A DNA stretch of 43,068 nt from Cystobasidiomycetes sp. EMM_F5 (GCA_051047955.1 JBPGPT010000034.1:124001-167068); one strand, 5' to 3'. Numbered from the stretch's first letter, positions 1 through 12,633 are shown. The notes: a model not told the origin generated them from the sequence alone. Made by a program: numbers and translations.

Positions 1-207
1 GTTCCGCATTATGATTCAACGTGCCATCTACATCAGATGTTACTGTCCGAGACGCTCTCGTCTTATTCTATCGTACGGATCATCGTAGGCTGGCGCAAGG
101 TCTCGAGCTTCAGTCGAATTATACGGTGCTGCACCATACCCTCTAGGCGTAGGATCGTCTACAGACAAGCGTACTCTCAGCAAAGCGCGCCCGTACAGTC
201 AAACTTC

Positions 208-1502
208 TCAAAACGTACCGAAGGGTCTTCCAGCATCGTAAAACGTGTTGCTCTGTCTGGCTTGCGTGGCAGCGTGGGCGCGAGCTGCAAAACCTCCAGT
301 GCCATAACCGCCTAACGAGTCTTGCGCAGACATTGGCGGAGACGTGCCTTGACCATGATATGCTTCATCTTCTCGGTCGGCATCCAAGGAATCGTAGCCT
401 AGTCCAGCTTCCACGTCGGCATTCCAGGTGTCCTTGTCTCCGTCTGCAGGCGGGATGAAGCCTGGTATTTTGGGTGCCGATCTGCTACGCCTCCATATAA
501 ATATCACTTGTATCTGAGATAGTAAGGACAGATATTCAGCTCACGGACGGTCGGAGACACGCCGTGCTCACTGACCAAAGATAGCAAGCTAGAAAAGAAC
601 GCAAACCATATGAATGCTGTAAGTGCTCGCTTGTTGCGGCAGAAACCTGGTAAGATGTCCTTGTACCCTTCCTCGTCTTTGATACCGCATGCGAGGAATT
701 AGTGGACGTGCTGGCTGCGGAGACCAGTCATGCCGCACCTGCATTGGGATCCGAGTCTGGCGACTTGCAGCCTTTGACATTACTTGAGATTGTCATCGTA
801 AAGCTGAAGTGATCGTACTGATTCAGCCGTGTGTTTGTAGTATTACCTTGACGTCCGCCACTTACGCTAGTATCAGTATAAGCACTGTTTGGAACGTGTT
901 GAGCGTGACGGCAGGTCGAAACTGCTTGAGTGCGCCCGCTAATCTCCGAAAAGAGCCTTTCTTCTCGTTGAGAACGGGAACGAGCAGCATGAACAAGCTG
1001 TTGAAGAGAACTCCGATCAGAAGAAAGACTATCGACGATAATGAAAGGTGATCTGCGTCAATCGCGCCGGCATAATGCTTCAACCAGTACACCAGTCGAC
1101 GCACAGCTGAATATCACCAGGCCGGATGGGCCGACATCCCATTTCTTCTGTGTTGATGCTAGTGCGCCGTTGATGCAGATACCGACAAAGGAGAAGAATA
1201 TCTGGTAACGGCGGATGGTAATTGAGCGATGTTGTAACATTATACGGCACAGCACTCACCTGAGACCCACGCAGAGCATACAGCGTCCAGCCCACCCCAT
1301 CGTCATTGGTGCCGTTCCCATCCAGCATTGCCCAAGCCCTGCGTTTGCTACGACCCTGTTGTGGTCCACCCCTGATACCGCGTTCGTGTGTCCCGACACC
1401 ACCGGGGCTGGTATGCACTCCGTCGGCGGCTCCGTCGTCGTTGTCCCGTTTCCAGAACCGCCTCAATCCATGAAACTCGCCAAACGAGTCTGCGAACCCC
1501 AT
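208..1502 (-). CDS. MARVEL-like four-TM membrane protein (spliced, about 6 exons)
   Basis: Joining exons at GT..AG sites gives four hydrophobic segments (IFFSFVGICINGALA; SIVFLLIGVLFNSLFMLLVPV; FQTVLILILAFTMTIS; AFIWFAFFSSLLSL), a Cys-containing loop (GCKSPDSDP...LPGFCRNKRA) and a polar C-terminal tail. The start codon is uncertain. Confidence 0.65.
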
Positions 1503-1934
1503 AGCTTGCCACGATGCTTGCAGCCGTATCCGGGTTCCCTATCAGCTCCCTGAGGCGGCTAGTGGCTTAGCTACCCCTCGCCGTCAGGAGTCCGTGTTTG
1601 CGACATGGCCCTCGCAACTCGACGCAACGGTCAGCGGGTGTCAGTTTGACCAAAGCTTTGGGCCCGCAGTGGTAAACAGGCTTGGTGCAGGTCTGAAAGT
1701 CGCATTTTGACACCTTCTGGACAGAAGTATTCAAAGCAGGCTGCTTGTGCAATTGGCTTCCTTCAAAGCTGCATGGGGAATCTGCGGAGAGTGAGTTTGT
1801 ATCTGATCGGGCCGACATTGTGACCGAGTTCCGTGGTAGTTATCACTCAAGACGCGCGACTAACTCACTGATATCACTTCTAGTGCTGACATATCTTGTG
1901 CTTCTCTTGCCCGCTTTCCTCAACATTGGCAGTG

Positions 1935-2974
1935 ATGGCCGACCTCGTCCAGCTGAAAAACATCGAGAGGCTGTCTCCGCTTGTAACGAGGGTTCTTGGA
2001 CAAAATCCAGGCCCATACACACTCCAAGGGACAAACACCTACATTATTGGGACCAGCCGCAGTCCATCGCTCGTTCTACTCGATGCCGGCCAGGACATCC
2101 CATCCTACATTCCCCTTCTCCGAAGCGCACTCGCAGGCTACTCCGGACACGTCAAGGATATCATACTGTCGCATCACCACCATGATCACATCCTCGGTCT
2201 CCGTAGCGTCCTCCCTTGCCTAAAAGAATTGGGCGGTCCGGCCCCGCATATACACAAATTTCTATGCAGGAACAATCCGAACGACGACGAGCAAACAAAA
2301 AGCATTCTCGCCGAATTGAAGGGATTGTATCAGCCAGGCAAGGACAATGAGCCTATTTCTCACTTGCAAGATGGGCAGAAGATAGATGTCGCGGACGGCC
2401 AAGCCACCCTGAAGGTCATTAGCACGCCGGGCCATACAGAAGACTCGGCATCCTTCTTGCTGTCTTTGCAAGACTCCAAAATCGACTCAGAGTCCGTGCT
2501 GTTTACGGCAGATACAGTCCTCGGTCAAGGAACGGCGGTCTTTACAGATCTCAAAGCCCTCATTTCCTCGTTGGAGAGGCTGATACAAGAAGTGCAGGAC
2601 CCTAATACAGCCTCGCCCGTAAAGCTGTACTGCGGTCATGGACCAATAGTAGAAGACGGTGCCGCCAAGATGCGAGAATACATCGATCATCGTATGCAAC
2701 GCGAGCAACAGGTTCTGGATGCTCTGCGGCAAGCAAATAGGCCACTGACAGTAGCCGAGTACGTAATATCCAGGTTGTAACATTAGCTCGGCTGAGCCTT
2801 TTCTACGACAGACTCGTGAGGGCGATTTATGGGAAGGAACTGCCAGACAAGCTCGTCCTGGCGGCACAGAAGGGCATTCTGCTGCATCTCGAGAAGCTCG
2901 AACAGGAACGCAAGGTCATACGGCATGCATCGCCAGATGAAGCGAATACTACTTGGCAGTTGGCAACACAGTAA
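1935..2974 (+). CDS. LACTB2-like metallo-beta-lactamase-fold protein (putative endoribonuclease/hydrolase), about 328 aa; intron 2759-2811
   Basis: Motifs RVLGQNPGPYTLQGTNTY, HxHxDH (SHHHHDH), TPGHTEDS, FTADTVLG and CGHGP. The spliced C-terminal exon LVRAIYGKELP...LLHLEKLEQE is winged-helix-like. Confidence 0.9.
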
Positions 2975-3052
2975 GATCCCTGATTCGCCCTTCGTATGAA
3001 ACCTTGATTGGAGTATACATCCTCGACTGCAGATCCCGCATATAACCCTGTT

Positions 3053-3914
3053 TCATGAGGCCTTCTCCCGTTCGCGCTCAATGCGGCTGACAGTACGCTC
3101 TGCCTCCGTGAGAGCTTCATCCCACGTAACGAAGAGCTGCGATATCGTGTTCACCTGTTTGTAGCATATCAAGGTTCGCACTTAGTATTGAGGACTGTAG
3201 ACTAGATGCTGGTACGTGGAGCTCACATAGGCATCGTGGCTTCGAAGGAGACTTTCCACGCGATCTTGCAGGTTGGCGTAGGAAGTAGAGAGCGGCACAA
3301 GCCCGTTTCTCAACGTCTTCAATCTACCTTGCAGCGGCTCATGTTCTGAAATGTCGACGTTAGCCGTTGCAGCCTGACCGGGTAACGGTGCTTCAAAATA
3401 CCAGCTAATCTGCCAGCTCCGGCGGCACCACGCTTGTCGAGCACTTCAATCTCCCGCAGCTGCCGTTCCACATTTCGAATATCGTGCTCTGCTTCCAAGA
3501 CCAGGATAGCTTTCGCATGAGCAGTGAGTCCGCTCCCATAGCCCAAGTCGTCGTGCGGGTGCGATTGTGCCGTCAGAGGCAGCTCAGCACCGAGTAGCGG
3601 CGCGTTGACTTCGTCTGTAATACAAAGCGTCAGACGCCGTGACCAACCACTCAAAGTGTCGACTTACATCGGTCAATGAAACGCCGCACGGACTCGGTTC
3701 CTGAGCTGTTGACTGCTGAATGGATTTCTTCAACGATACGCTGTCCGCGGACCGTAATGCTCTCTGCTTCGCTTATGCGTCCTTTCGGAGCACTCTTGCC
3801 ATGTAGCCCAACCAGCGTTTCGAGCAGGTGTATCCGGTGTTCCAGGGCCCAGCTGGACTCATCGTTGCCTCGCTCGCCAGCAAGGGCCACGGCAGTCTCG
3901 CCATTCACGGGCAT
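3053..3914 (-). CDS. Dynactin subunit 3 (p24/p22; Ldb18/RO10-like), 4 exons
   Basis: Short coiled-coil protein with LEHRIHLLETLV, AKAILVLEAEHDI, GAGRLAEHE and a last exon VNTISQLFVTWDEAL, which resembles the DCTN3 C-terminus. Confidence 0.7.
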
Positions 3915-3974
3915 GGCTTTAAGAAGAGCATGTCGGAGTCGTTTGATTGTCAAAGGGCGAGCTGCAATGTCACC

Positions 3975-3983
3975 ACGCGTAAA
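3975..3983 (+). promoter_or_regulatory. MCB-like element ACGCGT(AAA) in the DCTN3/NPR2 divergent promoter
   Basis: Exact MluI cell-cycle box ACGCGT at 3975-3980 within a 164-bp head-to-head intergenic region. Confidence 0.35.
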
Positions 3984-4078
3984 CGAGCTGGCTGATCGGT
4001 TGTCTTATGACCGCATCTTCCCCTTCCATAACGCTGTGACTATGCTGGGCATGCCTCTCTGAACCTGAAATATGCCAG

Positions 4079-6027
4079 ATGTCGGCGGCAGAGCTGCCCA
4101 GGCTGCTCGCTATCGTCTTGGTCGTCTTTGACAATGAACAGGGCGGACAGGTAGCGTTCGAAGTGCCAGAGGGCTCGGTCGGCGTTGGAGCAGCTTCGGA
4201 CTCCCATCTGCCTCACAAGCAGCCTTATACCGACGATGGAATGGTCAGCGGTGAAGCTCCCGCTGGATCATCCCTGCTCACGGCCGGCGTGCATGCGCAT
4301 CGTATAGCGACCGCAGCAGAGGCTGCAAGAAATTCGTCTCAGCATGCCAACTCACTCTTTGATCTCGATACCGTCAGTGCATACATCATGCCCGCAAGAC
4401 CGGTCGTCCGGCATCTCGTTACCATCTGTGTCGAGAGCTGCAAGGTCCTTGGCTTTCCGGTCTGGATAGACAGTCAACACTATCCGCGCGGAAGATTCAT
4501 GTGTGCGTATCTTTCCGATGTCCGCTCTCGTTGCGCTCATGACCTTCGTGTAAAATGTGGCAGATAACGTCTGTTTCGCCTTCGAGCGCAATGCCGAACT
4601 TACTGCATATGAGCCAGTCGTACGCAAGACTGGCAGGGTCTTAAGACACATGGAAGTAAGCTATATTGCTTCGCAGTCCATCTCTTTGCTAATCTTAATC
4701 GCCTGCGTGCCGACACCCGCAGGAAACTACGCACTTACTGTCAAACCCTGCCAACCGGATGCGAGTGCATTCAATACTCGAGCAAGTGTTTGAAGACCTA
4801 GGATCGTACAGTGAAACCTCGATACCACTCGATGGCGCCAACACTCTAGACCTCAAGCTGTTTCCGCAAAATCCCAATCCTGCTGTAGTTCGCGACTGCG
4901 ATGTACCTGTAGCGTTGGTAGACTTGAACGATATGCGCGACGAGTCTTGGGACATCACCATGTACTCCATAGCCGGGTATATCGATGGAACGCGAAGCGT
5001 AAAGCGCATCGCCAATATGGCGGACGTTGATCTCCCTCTGGCAAGGGAGTGTGTCCAGCATTTATTGTGCGATTTTTACACTGCTCTGCTGTCTAGTTGC
5101 TCACCAAGTCATCCTCTCTGTTAGATTCTATGGCTGCATAATACTACACGATCTCTTCCAATTTACCAACTCGTATGCTCTGGTCGACAGCGGCGCAAGT
5201 CTCGCCCTAGTGACGCATGACGACAGCTTCGCACAGAGCATGCAAGCCGAATGCGAGGCGTACGTTTCAACCGGTCAGACTTGTACGTACACGATACGCT
5301 GAAGGGAACTGTGTCTGACCTGCAAGCTGCACAGTAACGCCTTTTGCCCAATTGTTCATATACTATACCAAGTTACGACCCACATTGCCTGTGGAGGAAT
5401 GGATAGACCGTAATGCTATAGACACTGAGGCTATTGATGTCCGGCGCCTCATAAACTTCGGTATCATCAAAGGTTTCGTACGACGAGTTCATACTTTCCC
5501 AGTCTGGCTGGATCATCCTTCCTTCCGTAAGATTGAAGATATCCGCAGAGACAGGCAAAAGACGATGGCGACGGAACGCGGGCGGAGCGTTGGACCTCGA
5601 GGCTTGTCGGGTCAGAAAACACCTCGAAACAACCTGGACAATGCTGGAACAAAAAATGCGTCAGATAGCCTCTCCGCAGCCTTGTCGCGCTTGGATACCA
5701 GATTGAGGGACGAAACGCCTCGACCAGGTCAAGCGACCGAGCGCGACGCGCGCAATCAGCCTCGGATACATAGTCGTGATTACCCTATTTCTTTACCAGA
5801 CCTCCTGGATGGACAGCATAGCACGGATGAGGTGAATACTCGATTCTCTGCGGTTAGTGAAACGCTCATGCCTCCATCTCCTTCGGTAGCTATGTGTCAG
5901 ATACAGAGTCAGCTTTAGGCAGCTTAAAGTTTATCTCTTCAAAATCGGGCATCCCAACATCAGCGCTACGGATGCTCAATCATTGAGCGAAGATGATTTG
6001 GGCAGCGTCAAACTGATTTATACCTAG
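4079..6027 (+). CDS. NPR2: Nitrogen permease regulator 2 (GATOR1/SEACIT subunit), multi-exon
   Basis: N-terminus PRLLAIVLVVFDNEQGGQVAFEVP; GFPVWIDSQHYPRGRFMYNVCF, which retains the arginine-finger Arg; YEPVVRKTGR, CVQHLLFYG, DVRRLINFGIIKGFVRRVH and LDGQHSTDELC. Confidence 0.93.
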
Positions 6028-6135
6028 CCGGCATTCACGCATTTATTCCTGCCGCTTGTAATACTCGCCAAGGGACACGCGGAGCCGATTTGCATGGTCC
6101 ACAACATTGGCATTACTTTGCGCATTACCGGTCTA

Positions 6136-7621
6136 TTATATATCGCGGTTACGGACATCCTCCTGGAACTCTAGCTCAAGCTCTTCAGCAAAGTCCTCGT
6201 CACTGACATGTATGGCAGCTAAATCATCGAGCACCTCGGAACCCTTGATCCACCGATCGTCCTCCACCGGATATACGACCAGCCAGAGCGTATGGTCTGC
6301 AGGTGGACATCCCATCCGTACCGGCTGCGATACCGTCATACTCGCCGATTGCATGGATAGATTATGCGAATTTGTCCCGCTCGTTCCTCCGTGCCATCTA
6401 GCACGGCGAGCGTCCCTGTTGAATCGCTTGTGTTGACGTCTCAGATCCTTATACTGCCGGCGATCGGCCCGCCGCATTTCTCTGCGTCCCAGCCACGAGA
6501 CATCGTACTGCGCTGCGACCGCTTGGTCGAGGGTGATGGAGCCGCCCTGAAGTGCCGAAAGCTGTTGTCGACGAGCCTCCTCAGCTTCCCGCTTTGCGAC
6601 AGAGGCCTGTCGGAGATATAAGGAGAGCGTTGATGCCTCATCTACGAGAATATCCGGCTTGGCCGGCCACGGGCAATCCGGCTTGAGCTTTGCAACAGCA
6701 CCGTGAAAGGGAGCAAGCCGTTGCGCAGCGTGCTCTCCGTATGTGAGCGCATCTGGCGGAGACGCTGTAATAGCTTTCGCTGTACCCTTGCCGATATTGA
6801 TGGCCATGTTGACCAAACCTCCGACGACAGGGACAGGAATATTGCGTGCAATGCGTTCGCTCGTACTTGCGACAGACTTTGCTTTGGTTGTTGCGGGATT
6901 GGAGAGGGCAATGAACTTGTGAAGAGCGTCTCCGCGCATGATTCGACAGCGTAGACCGCGTGGACGGAAAAAGTCAATGTTTGCCTTTGCGAGATAGATG
7001 TCAGTGATGCTTCTGGTAAAGCAGCGTTCATTTGGCAGGTTTGCGTCTATTGCATTCAGATACGCCGAGATTGACCAGTGATATGCATCTGCCCCTATGC
7101 CCTGTTCGACAAGGTCGACAACGTGCGTCGGAGGACCAGCGGACTGAGTGTGGAGAATGTGGAGTCAGAGGAGCTGGTCTCAGTACCGGGTGTGAGAACA
7201 CGGTGCGACTGACCATGCAATAGTCGAGGCCCTGCAGGAAGTCTATCCATGCAGGCTCCGTCACCCCGGTCCCTTCAAATGCTGGAGACCATGCCCTGAG
7301 GAAAAGAGCGTCGTATTGCGGCTTTGTTTGGGGCAGAGCGACACACTTTGCAAGCTTGCCAGAGCCACGGTTAGCCGTCAGAGGACTGCAGAATGTCAGC
7401 ACCAATTATTCAGTCAGTCTGGCCCCGCAAGTCATCGCGACCCCAGGCACGCACACTCTGAAGAGCTGGGCAACGTCTGCTGGATTGAAAGGTAGCGCGG
7501 ACGTCGTGGTGGAGGCAGCGTGTGCTGGTTGATGCGCCTGGTATGCTGGTGGAGCAGTAGTCTGCGGAACGTAGTGGTACTCGCTGGCAGCCTCTACGTG
7601 TTTAGAGCCGGACTCGGACAT
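6136..7621 (-). CDS. Conserved fungal hypothetical protein (resembles the BuaE-like family), multi-exon
   Basis: VALPQTKPQYDALFLRAWSPAFEGTGVTEPAWIDFLQGL and C-terminal DHTLWLVVYP match a pattern I recall from a widespread uncharacterised fungal family. Not verified by search. Confidence 0.55.
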
Positions 7622-7872
7622 TGATTACGGCTCTTGATTTGTGGGAGGAGTTGATTGAGACTCAACCAGCAAACAGCTCCTCAGCTCCGAGCAAGCATAA
7701 TCCTTACGCCGTTGCATTCGGAGCCGTCGCTTTGTCGACCAGAAGACGGTACCGACGTGAGCCGACAGGCACTAAGATTAGATTGCGAGTGACTAACCTT
7801 ACAGGCTGCAATTCAACAACAACAAACCTAGAGACACGAACACCTACAGCAGAGATAATGTACAAGTCACCA

Positions 7873-9540
7873 TTAGGCTGGAATCGCCTGCCGTTCTTGC
7901 TCTTGCGCCAGCTTCTCCACTTGATCTTGCGACTGAGCGGTAGCAAGACGACCGTCAGGCTTATGTCTGTCTGCCTCTGCCCTTTGCCTCTCTTCCAGCT
8001 TTCGAGCTGCGTTTGCCTTCTCCTGCTCCTCTTGCATCTCTGCTTCCAGCGCTCTGAGCTCTGTCTGCACTTCATCCTCCGCCTCCTCTCCTCCGTTGAT
8101 CTGATGGGCTGTATCAGAAACGACGTCTTCAATCTCCTTTTGATCAGCCAGCGCTTCTTGCAAGTCGTCCATTGTCGCCTCGACATGCTCTCGTTGTAGA
8201 CAAGGGTGGGCCAAAAGACTTTTCAGCGATGCAGTTGCTGCCGTATACGCCGACATGACTGCAACATCCGTGGCCGCAGCCTCAATTTTGATCAAGATAG
8301 TCTGCAGATTCTCATGCGCCAGAGTCCGTTTCGTGAGCAAATCCTGCAGAGCCTTCTTGCTGCGGAGATGCGATATTGCCAGATCTTTCTGATTAGAGCG
8401 AAGATAGCCCGATATCTTCTTCTGCCGCCTATCCCTAACCATCAGCAGAAATGTCATCCATGCAAATATCGATACATACTCGTTGATCCTGCGCTCGAGG
8501 TCCGAGATCTGTTGCTCGAGCGCTTCATTCGTGGTCTTGACTTGCAGTATGCCTCGTTCGCTTTCGGTAATCGTAGTATGCCCATCTTCGCCCACTTTTT
8601 GCAGTCTGATGATGTCCCCGCTGACAGCCAAGACTTTCCGGTCACGACTTAGATATTTGACCAGGACTTGAACATCGAGAGATGTAAGTACCGAGCCGGG
8701 AATTGCCAACGATGCAAATTTAGCAGTAAACGTTTCTCGACTGTATAGACGGTCTAGAATACTGCGATCCTCTGATCTCAAGTTGTCAGTGATAACATCG
8801 GCTGCTTTCTAAAAACCAAAACAGGTTTCGCAAACAACCCCGTCAATGTCTCATCTGGGACGTAGACGGGAGCTCTTTCATACCTTCATCACATCCATCA
8901 CCACCCAGTCGCCTTGAGCAAGCTTCCAAGCCCTCTCCTCCGTCATGGCATTGTCACCACTGACAATGCCCATCTTGCTCAGGGACCACCACAGCGGCGC
9001 ACCGACAAGCTTGGAAACAAACCATCTCGGCCAAGAGAAGTGTTGAATGGGAGTCGTAGACGCCATGAAGGCTTTGAGGGGGATGAGCTGAGCAGGCGTA
9101 TTCCGAGACAGTGCCATCTATTGTTGTCGTTGTGAGGAAAATCTGCAGAGTCAGCTTAGTGCTCATCCCTCGAAGTCAGTACTTACAGTGACAGTGCCCA
9201 GTCCGGAAGGTCTCCCGACGTTTGTCCGCCGCATCCCTTCAGCAAAGTCCTGATTGATGTGCCATACGAGCTTGTCGGTTGCTGCGATACTGTCAGGGCT
9301 GCCGCCTCCGCTCTGCAGACCTCGCGAGACCACGTCCGAGATCAAAGAAGACCACCATGATAAAGTACTGGCGAAACCGGTCGGGTTTGTAGTTTGCGCC
9401 TGACTGACGTCGCTGTAGAGATACGCCAGTCGCGCTTTCGAGGACGGGTTGCGGAACTCTGCCCGGGATGATGTGAGGTAGTCAGCTAGGGTGTGTAATG
9501 ATTTTGAGCTGGTCAGGTCTGCTTCGTTGTCGTTGGCCAT
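7873..9540 (-). CDS. CHM7: CHMP7/Chm7/Cmp7 (ESCRT-II/III hybrid, nuclear envelope sealing), multi-exon
   Basis: N-terminal winged-helix region (ARLAYLYSD...NPTGF...WW, GRPSGLGTV) followed by a Snf7 domain (AISHLRSKKAL, IEAAATDVAVMSAY, VEATMDDLQEAL, EVQTELRALEAE). Confidence 0.88.
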
Positions 9541-9565
9541 GGCATTTGGCGGACAGCCAACTGTT

Positions 9566-9577
9566 GACGCGCGTAAA
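9566..9577 (+). promoter_or_regulatory. GACGCGCGTAAA MCB/SCB-like element in the CHM7/RING divergent promoter
   Basis: CGCG-core motif within a 112-bp head-to-head intergenic region. It shares CGCGTAAA with 3976-3983. Confidence 0.3.
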
Positions 9578-9652
9578 GCTGCCACGGTTTGACTTGAGTC
9601 CGACTCTGGATCGAGCTATTGAGCTGAGCATGGCAGCTGCTACAACAGCATC

Positions 9653-11700
9653 ATGCAGGACACTGACCAACCGACGCGCTTCGACAACGCCGCGCCCGCT
9701 GTGTCGAATGCTGAATCCTCCGCTGCAGCTACGATAAACACGCCCTTTCCGGACGTGTTGACGAGCGAAGCGTGGAGATATGTCGAGTGCTGCAGCTGCA
9801 GAGAATATGCCATTGTCGATGATCCTGCTACGGGCAATGCATCGATACGTAACGACTTTCGACTCGCTGCCTGCGGTCACATAGCGTGTCTGAGGTGTCT
9901 GACGAGTAAGGCTAATCCAGACTTACAATCTACATCCCGCTTGGTTCAAACGACTTGCTATTCTCCACTTTAGTACAGCAAGGTAATCTGCTATGCCCTA
10001 AATGCGGTCAAGATGCAGCCGAGGCCGTCCCGCTCGAGTACGCCAAAACAGAACCAGCCGTTGGCATCTTTTTTCGCGATCCTGCTACCATGCTGGACGA
10101 GTTCATGAGGACGCTCTACGTTCGTAGATGCTCCCCTGCGCAAGTATACGCTGGGGAGCACTGACAAACGTCGCTTGCCTAGTTCCAGATCGACAATCTT
10201 CGTGATCAAGTGGCACACTACCGCAGGTGAAGCCCCCGACGGGCATCTGCAAGTACTATCATGTGTAACTGATGGCCGATTGAAGTATGGCCGGAGAGCA
10301 AGCAACCGTCTTGAAACGAGTTCGGAGCGAGCTGAGCGAACTACGGGAAGGGAAGAGGTATTCGATCTGGTCATTACAGTATTTCAAAGCCAGTGTAAAA
10401 CTCATGCGACGGCTTATATCATCAGGGCCTACGAAGCAATACTTAAAGAGAATGAAGATTTGAAAAGGCAACTCGCCGCATCTGCTGCTTCAGTCGCGGG
10501 GCAAGACGAGCAGTATCGTGCAAGTGGGAACGCATTGCTGAGCCACGCCAATGCAAACGATACCTCCCAAAGCACGTCTCGTGGTGTGCCGGTACGTCAA
10601 CCATTAGCGGCTCAGCATCAAGCACCCGAGACCAGTCGCTCGGCCTTTCCTGCTGCTCCAACGATGCGGCCGCCTTCGGCATTTAAACCTCCACTAATGA
10701 CAGGCAGAAAGCGGACTGCCGATGTTGCTTTCGCAGCGTGAGTGGAAACAGTGATCTCCCTGCCTGTCACCAAGCTGACGCGATGCAGGCCGCAAACGGG
10801 TAACCGCGTTACTGGAGATCCAAGTCCATACGAAAGGGTCCAAGCAGCATCGACTTCGCGACCATTTGCCGGATACCTTACCGACCTGATAGAGGAAACG
10901 AGAACGGCTAGCGACCCCGCCAATGAGACTGACCTTGCACTGAATACACACGACGAAGAAGCGCTCCTGCACCGGAATGCGGTTAATACTTTGCAGTAAA
11001 CATGTCTCATTTGTGAGTGTCTCGCATCGACTAATCCGGCGCCGGTCTTCCCAGGAGCTTTGCGTTCAAGTCTGCCGATACACAGCAGCAAAGACCGGGG
11101 TTGCGCCCGAGCTCATCACACGCCAGGACGATTTACGATCAGCGGCTTCAGCAGATTACTCGACCGACATCGGCTTTACCGCAAGCAAGTCGCAGCAATA
11201 TAATGCCAGTAGCGACTAGTACGCAATCACGGCCAAATGCACAGACCGCCCGCGTACAGCTGCCCACCTTCGCGAAGAATGTCAGCATTCCACAATTTCA
11301 GAAAGCTTCGACCATGAGTCGGTCAGTCTCAAATCAGCAACCGCAAGCGGTTCCGACGCAACATGATTCAGGACGAAACGCTCTTAACATGCAAGCGCAG
11401 CATGCAGTGCGACTACCGAACAATCCAACCACTCGTAATATCGGAGGACAACAGCCACGGCCGGCGGTACCGAACAATCGCGAAGCTCAGCCTTTGGCTC
11501 GACCTTTCAATCACGGAAGTCACAACCCTGTACAATCATCCGCGGCCCGACAAACTCACAGCGTACAACGACCACCACCTGCTGCGGACTCTGAGAGTCG
11601 GGTGAGAGCGATGCCACTTCCTCAGAGTCGCCCGATTGTCACTCCTCGACCACCACAAGCGGCGCGTTTCCCTGGACCTTCCCGCATCCCAACACCATAG
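9653..11700 (+). CDS. Zip3/RNF212-like meiotic RING E3 ligase (RING, coiled coil, disordered tail), multi-exon
   Basis: Spliced C3HC4 RING: WRYVECCSC...FRLAACGHIACLRC...LCPKC. It is followed by FFRDPATMLDEFMRTLY|FQIDNL and small coiled-coil exons (10183-10226, 10286-10357), then an S/P/Q-rich C-terminus. Confidence 0.72.
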
Positions 11701-11950
11701 ATCGCCAGCGCATTCGGTCTTCGTACATCATTAAGTTGATCCATTATCCCCTCTAAAGTGTTGAGATATGCCCAAACAGGACACATGACAGTATCTCGCC
11801 GGCTAGACGGTGTCAAAGAGTACGACTGCATGTAGCATAGATCCGCTATGTAGAACTACTGTCCTCCATCAGACCGCCCTAGGCAGCCAACTAAAGATTG
11901 CACCGCTTTCGTTCGGCGACCTCGGTCTTGCTTTGTCACGAAGCCAAACC

Positions 11951-12633
11951 ATGAGTAGGCCTTGTGAGGTATGAGAAGACGATTGTTCTTGCTTGCTTCT
12001 GCTTCTGCATACAGACAGCGGCCATCATGTCGGTCGGATACTCTGTGCCCGACAGAATGCCTCGAGGTGGAGAACGTAACCCGGCCGCCCTTTGCTACAA
12101 GCTTGGACCTTCCATCAACGCGCAGTTTCGCAATAATCCTCCTCAGCTCCGTATAGTCGACGAGTCAGAGAAGCGAGATGGCAGCATTCCCGTCATCCAA
12201 GCCGAGATTGAATCTACTGCTGCGAATCACTTATTCGACCGAGAGCCACAGACAAACAGGAAGCAGTCATGGCTGAACGAACCTCGTCCGGGTGTTAGCG
12301 ACGTCGTCGAAGAAGGCATCAGTGTCCACTATGTGAACGGTGCGGATTATGACGGCACAGTCAGGTTGGTGCTCCGGCCAAAAACACAAGGCGCGGAGAT
12401 CATGGTGGCCGAAGAAGTCATGGACGGCTCACTCGTCAAGAAGCATCTTGCATTGCCAAATAATACTCCAAAGGGGACATATGGTGAATAACTAACTCCA
12501 CTTCAGGACTCGCTGTAACCTCAGAACTGACTAAATCGTCTGTCTTACTCCTACTCCAGAATTAGTGGTCCAACTTCTACAGCCTGACGGTTACTTCCTC
12601 GACGATACCAGTGCAGTGCTGCAGATTGTATGA
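11951..12633 (+). CDS. Hypothetical protein, about 186 aa (exons 11951-11968, 12015-12483, 12560-12633)
   Basis: Two canonical introns join into an open frame ending ELVVQLLQPDGYFLDDTSAVLQIV*. The C-terminal half is beta-strand-rich. No family recognised. Confidence 0.6.

Noticed and set aside
1935..2974. Beta-lactamase as a resistance gene or horizontal transfer
   Set aside because: The motifs and the intron match the ubiquitous eukaryotic LACTB2-like family, and there is no mobile-element context.
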